DNA from: Rhizomicrobium sp.
GTDB taxonomy: Bacteria; Pseudomonadota; Alphaproteobacteria; Micropepsales; Micropepsaceae
Direction of reading: 5' to 3'
Length of the DNA stretch: 32,000 bases
Assembly: GCA_036500585.1 (NCBI GenBank)
Contig: DASYBT010000029.1
Span: 1-32,000, forward strand
The stretch's first letter is position 1; each line of letters starts with the position of its first letter. Both the position numbers and the translations under genes were made by a program. Below are positions 30,942 through 32,000 of this stretch, piece by piece. The notes under the pieces are model-generated. The model was given only the letters and a program-made list of their open reading frames with translations. It was not told the DNA's origin and searched no databases.

Positions 30942-31613
30942 TCAACCCGCCCAAGGAGAAATCGGCGGCAGATCGCCCGACAGATTGTGCGCAGCCAGCG
31001 CGCCCGGCTCGGCCAGCCTCGCATGCACGAGAGCGATCGCGCGCGCCCACGCCGAATAGGCACGCCGCCGCTCTTCGACAATCGCCGGAAGATCGCCGGC
31101 GAACCGCACCATGCGGAAGGCGCACGGCCGCCGCTTCCGGTTCACGATCTCCAGCGTGTATCCGGTCTTGCCTCGCTCCACCGTGATGACCGGCCGCGGT
31201 GTCCAATCGGGGCGCGATCCGATCAACCCGTACTCACGGACAACACGCGCCATCCGGCCGACGCTCTCAACCGCCCATGCCACCGCGTACGCATCGGCCG
31301 GCGCTTCAAAGCCCAAGTTCAACGACGTCGAGATCATCGCGCCGCATCGGTCGCTCGAATCCGCGCATCCTGCCCGCGGCGCGCGCGACCGCGGCGCCGG
31401 TTCCGATCCTTGCGGCCGCGCCAGATGCACCTTCTCGCGCGCGTACGCCCAATTCAACAACCACTCCACGGTCACAGACTTCAGACCTTCATCCGAAGGT
31501 GAGGGACAAAGGGATATATCTACAGGCTTCGTGTGTGGGCGCGCGCGCTCGCACAAAGCCTGTGAACGCTCCCCGTCCCTCCCCGGCATCGCAACCCGTT
31601 CTTTCATCGCCAT
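30942..31613 (-). CDS. Phage hypothetical protein (223 aa)
   Basis: This is the longest ORF in the region, co-directional with its neighbours and with G/C-rich third positions. It contains ...VTVEWLLNWAYAREKVHLA...VITVERGKTGYTLEIVNRKRRPCAFRMVRF.... I recognised no family. Confidence 0.5.
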   Translation of the reverse strand: MAMKERVAMPGRDGERSQALCERARPHTKPVDISLCPSPSDEGLKSVTVEWLLNWAYAREKVHLARPQGSEPAPRSRAPRAGCADSSDRCGAMISTSLNLGFEAPADAYAVAWAVESVGRMARVVREYGLIGSRPDWTPRPVITVERGKTGYTLEIVNRKRRPCAFRMVRFAGDLPAIVEERRRAYSAWARAIALVHARLAEPGALAAHNLSGDLPPISPWAG

Positions 31614-31630
31614 TTTCGCCTCGCCGCAAT

Positions 31631-31765
31631 AGAGGGAGGATCGGGGAGCAAGGGACGATCAGGCGGACGCGCTTGTATGTAGGCCGCGCGCGACCACAAG
31701 AAACGACTCACGCACGCGCGCCTTTTGCAATCAATCATCATCCCTTGCTCCCTCACCCTCCCTGT
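31631..31765. repeat. Long imperfect inverted repeat (29-nt arms, 77-nt spacer) between the primase gene and the late genes
   Basis: AGAGGGAGGATCGGGGAGCAAGGGACGAT (31631-31659) pairs with ATCATCCCTTGCTCCCTCACCCTCCCTGT (31737-31765). Of the 29 positions, 24 are Watson-Crick pairs and 1 is G:U. Confidence 0.7.
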
Positions 31766-31791
31766 CATTCGCACCGGCTTTGAAGCGGTCA

Positions 31792-32000
31792 TCACGCGAG
31801 ACCCGCTTTCAACCACACGCCCACATAGACTGTATTGCCGCCCGTCTTGCGCCGCTGAATTCCACGCCCCGTCAGCTTCGATCCGAACGTTTTGCCGGCC
31901 AACGGATCGAGCCCTTCCTCCTTGCACCAATCGACGTAAGCCGCGCGCAAATCCTTGGCGCTCACTTCGTACGGCCGCGCGCTGGACGGGTTGATCATCG
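31792..32000 (-). CDS. C-terminal end of a phage/plasmid primase-helicase (P4/D5-type C-terminal region), partial
   Basis: ...RPYEVSAKDLRAAYVDWCKEEGLDPLAGKTFGSKLTGRGIQRRKTGGNTVYVGVWLK fits the Y..Y..WC...G..P.S...F...L pattern seen at the C-termini of P4-family primases. The ORF is open to the window edge, so the tracked M at 31998 is probably internal. Confidence 0.55.
   Translation of the reverse strand, partial: MINPSSARPYEVSAKDLRAAYVDWCKEEGLDPLAGKTFGSKLTGRGIQRRKTGGNTVYVGVWLKAGLA

Larger units (their letters stand above)
5597..32000 (-). mobile_element. Prophage or phage-derived element: replication end plus complete packaging/head/tail late region; continues beyond the right edge, left boundary unresolved
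   Basis: There are about 30 co-directional, tightly packed genes, many with ATGA or TAATG overlaps. Their order is terS-terL-gpW-portal-protease/capsid-neck-tube-chaperone-TMP-baseplate-fibre. No integrase or att site is in the window. Confidence 0.85.

Noticed and set aside
5597-32000. Domesticated gene transfer agent rather than a prophage
   Set aside because: The g12-g15 set is GTA-like. However, the element has full-length TerS and GpA TerL, a primase gene, a long tape measure and a fibre, which fit a phage better. Domestication cannot be excluded without induction data.
1-32000. tRNA, rRNA, CRISPR arrays, integrase and att sites
   Set aside because: Scanning by eye found no cloverleaf-compatible GTTCGAAT-type T-arms in intergenic regions. 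I found no regularly spaced direct repeats with unique spacers and no tyrosine/serine recombinase motifs. The REP copies are irregularly spaced and are not CRISPR repeats.

Overview
This is a high-GC window that looks alphaproteobacterial (Rhizobiales/Bradyrhizobiaceae-like; this is inference only). From about 5.6 kb to the right edge it is one minus-strand phage morphogenesis block. In transcription order the block contains a primase C-terminus, a hypothetical gene, TerS, GpA-type TerL, gpW, a lambda-family portal, a prohead-protease::HK97-capsid fusion and neck genes. These are followed by a Tlde1/YkuD-like peptidoglycan enzyme, the tail tube, a tail chaperone with an in-phase A_AAA_AAC -1 frameshift site, and the tape measure. 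Next comes the RcGTA g12-g15-type distal tail set (DUF2460, DUF2163, NlpC/P60, megatron host-specificity protein), a DUF2793/Gly-rich fibre, and small genes ending at a strong hairpin terminator (5984-6021). To the left, on the plus strand, lies a quorum-sensing cassette. It has a LuxR-family regulator, an 18-bp perfect palindrome, and a 547-aa ORF in which a LuxI-type acyl-HSL synthase is fused in frame to a PhyH-type Fe(II)/2-oxoglutarate dioxygenase. That fusion is the most unusual item in the window. It is followed by an ATGA-coupled small ORF and an XRE HTH gene that has no canonical start codon and is missing from the ORF track. The far left holds a beta-class DPPY DNA methyltransferase and an exported HNH-like lipoprotein. 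A 25-nt REP-like hairpin repeat occurs 11 times, including three tandem in-frame copies that form the only canonical 5' end of terL. I recognised no rRNA, tRNA, CRISPR array, integrase or att site. Most long plus-strand ORFs between 7 and 30 kb are antisense artefacts of high GC.
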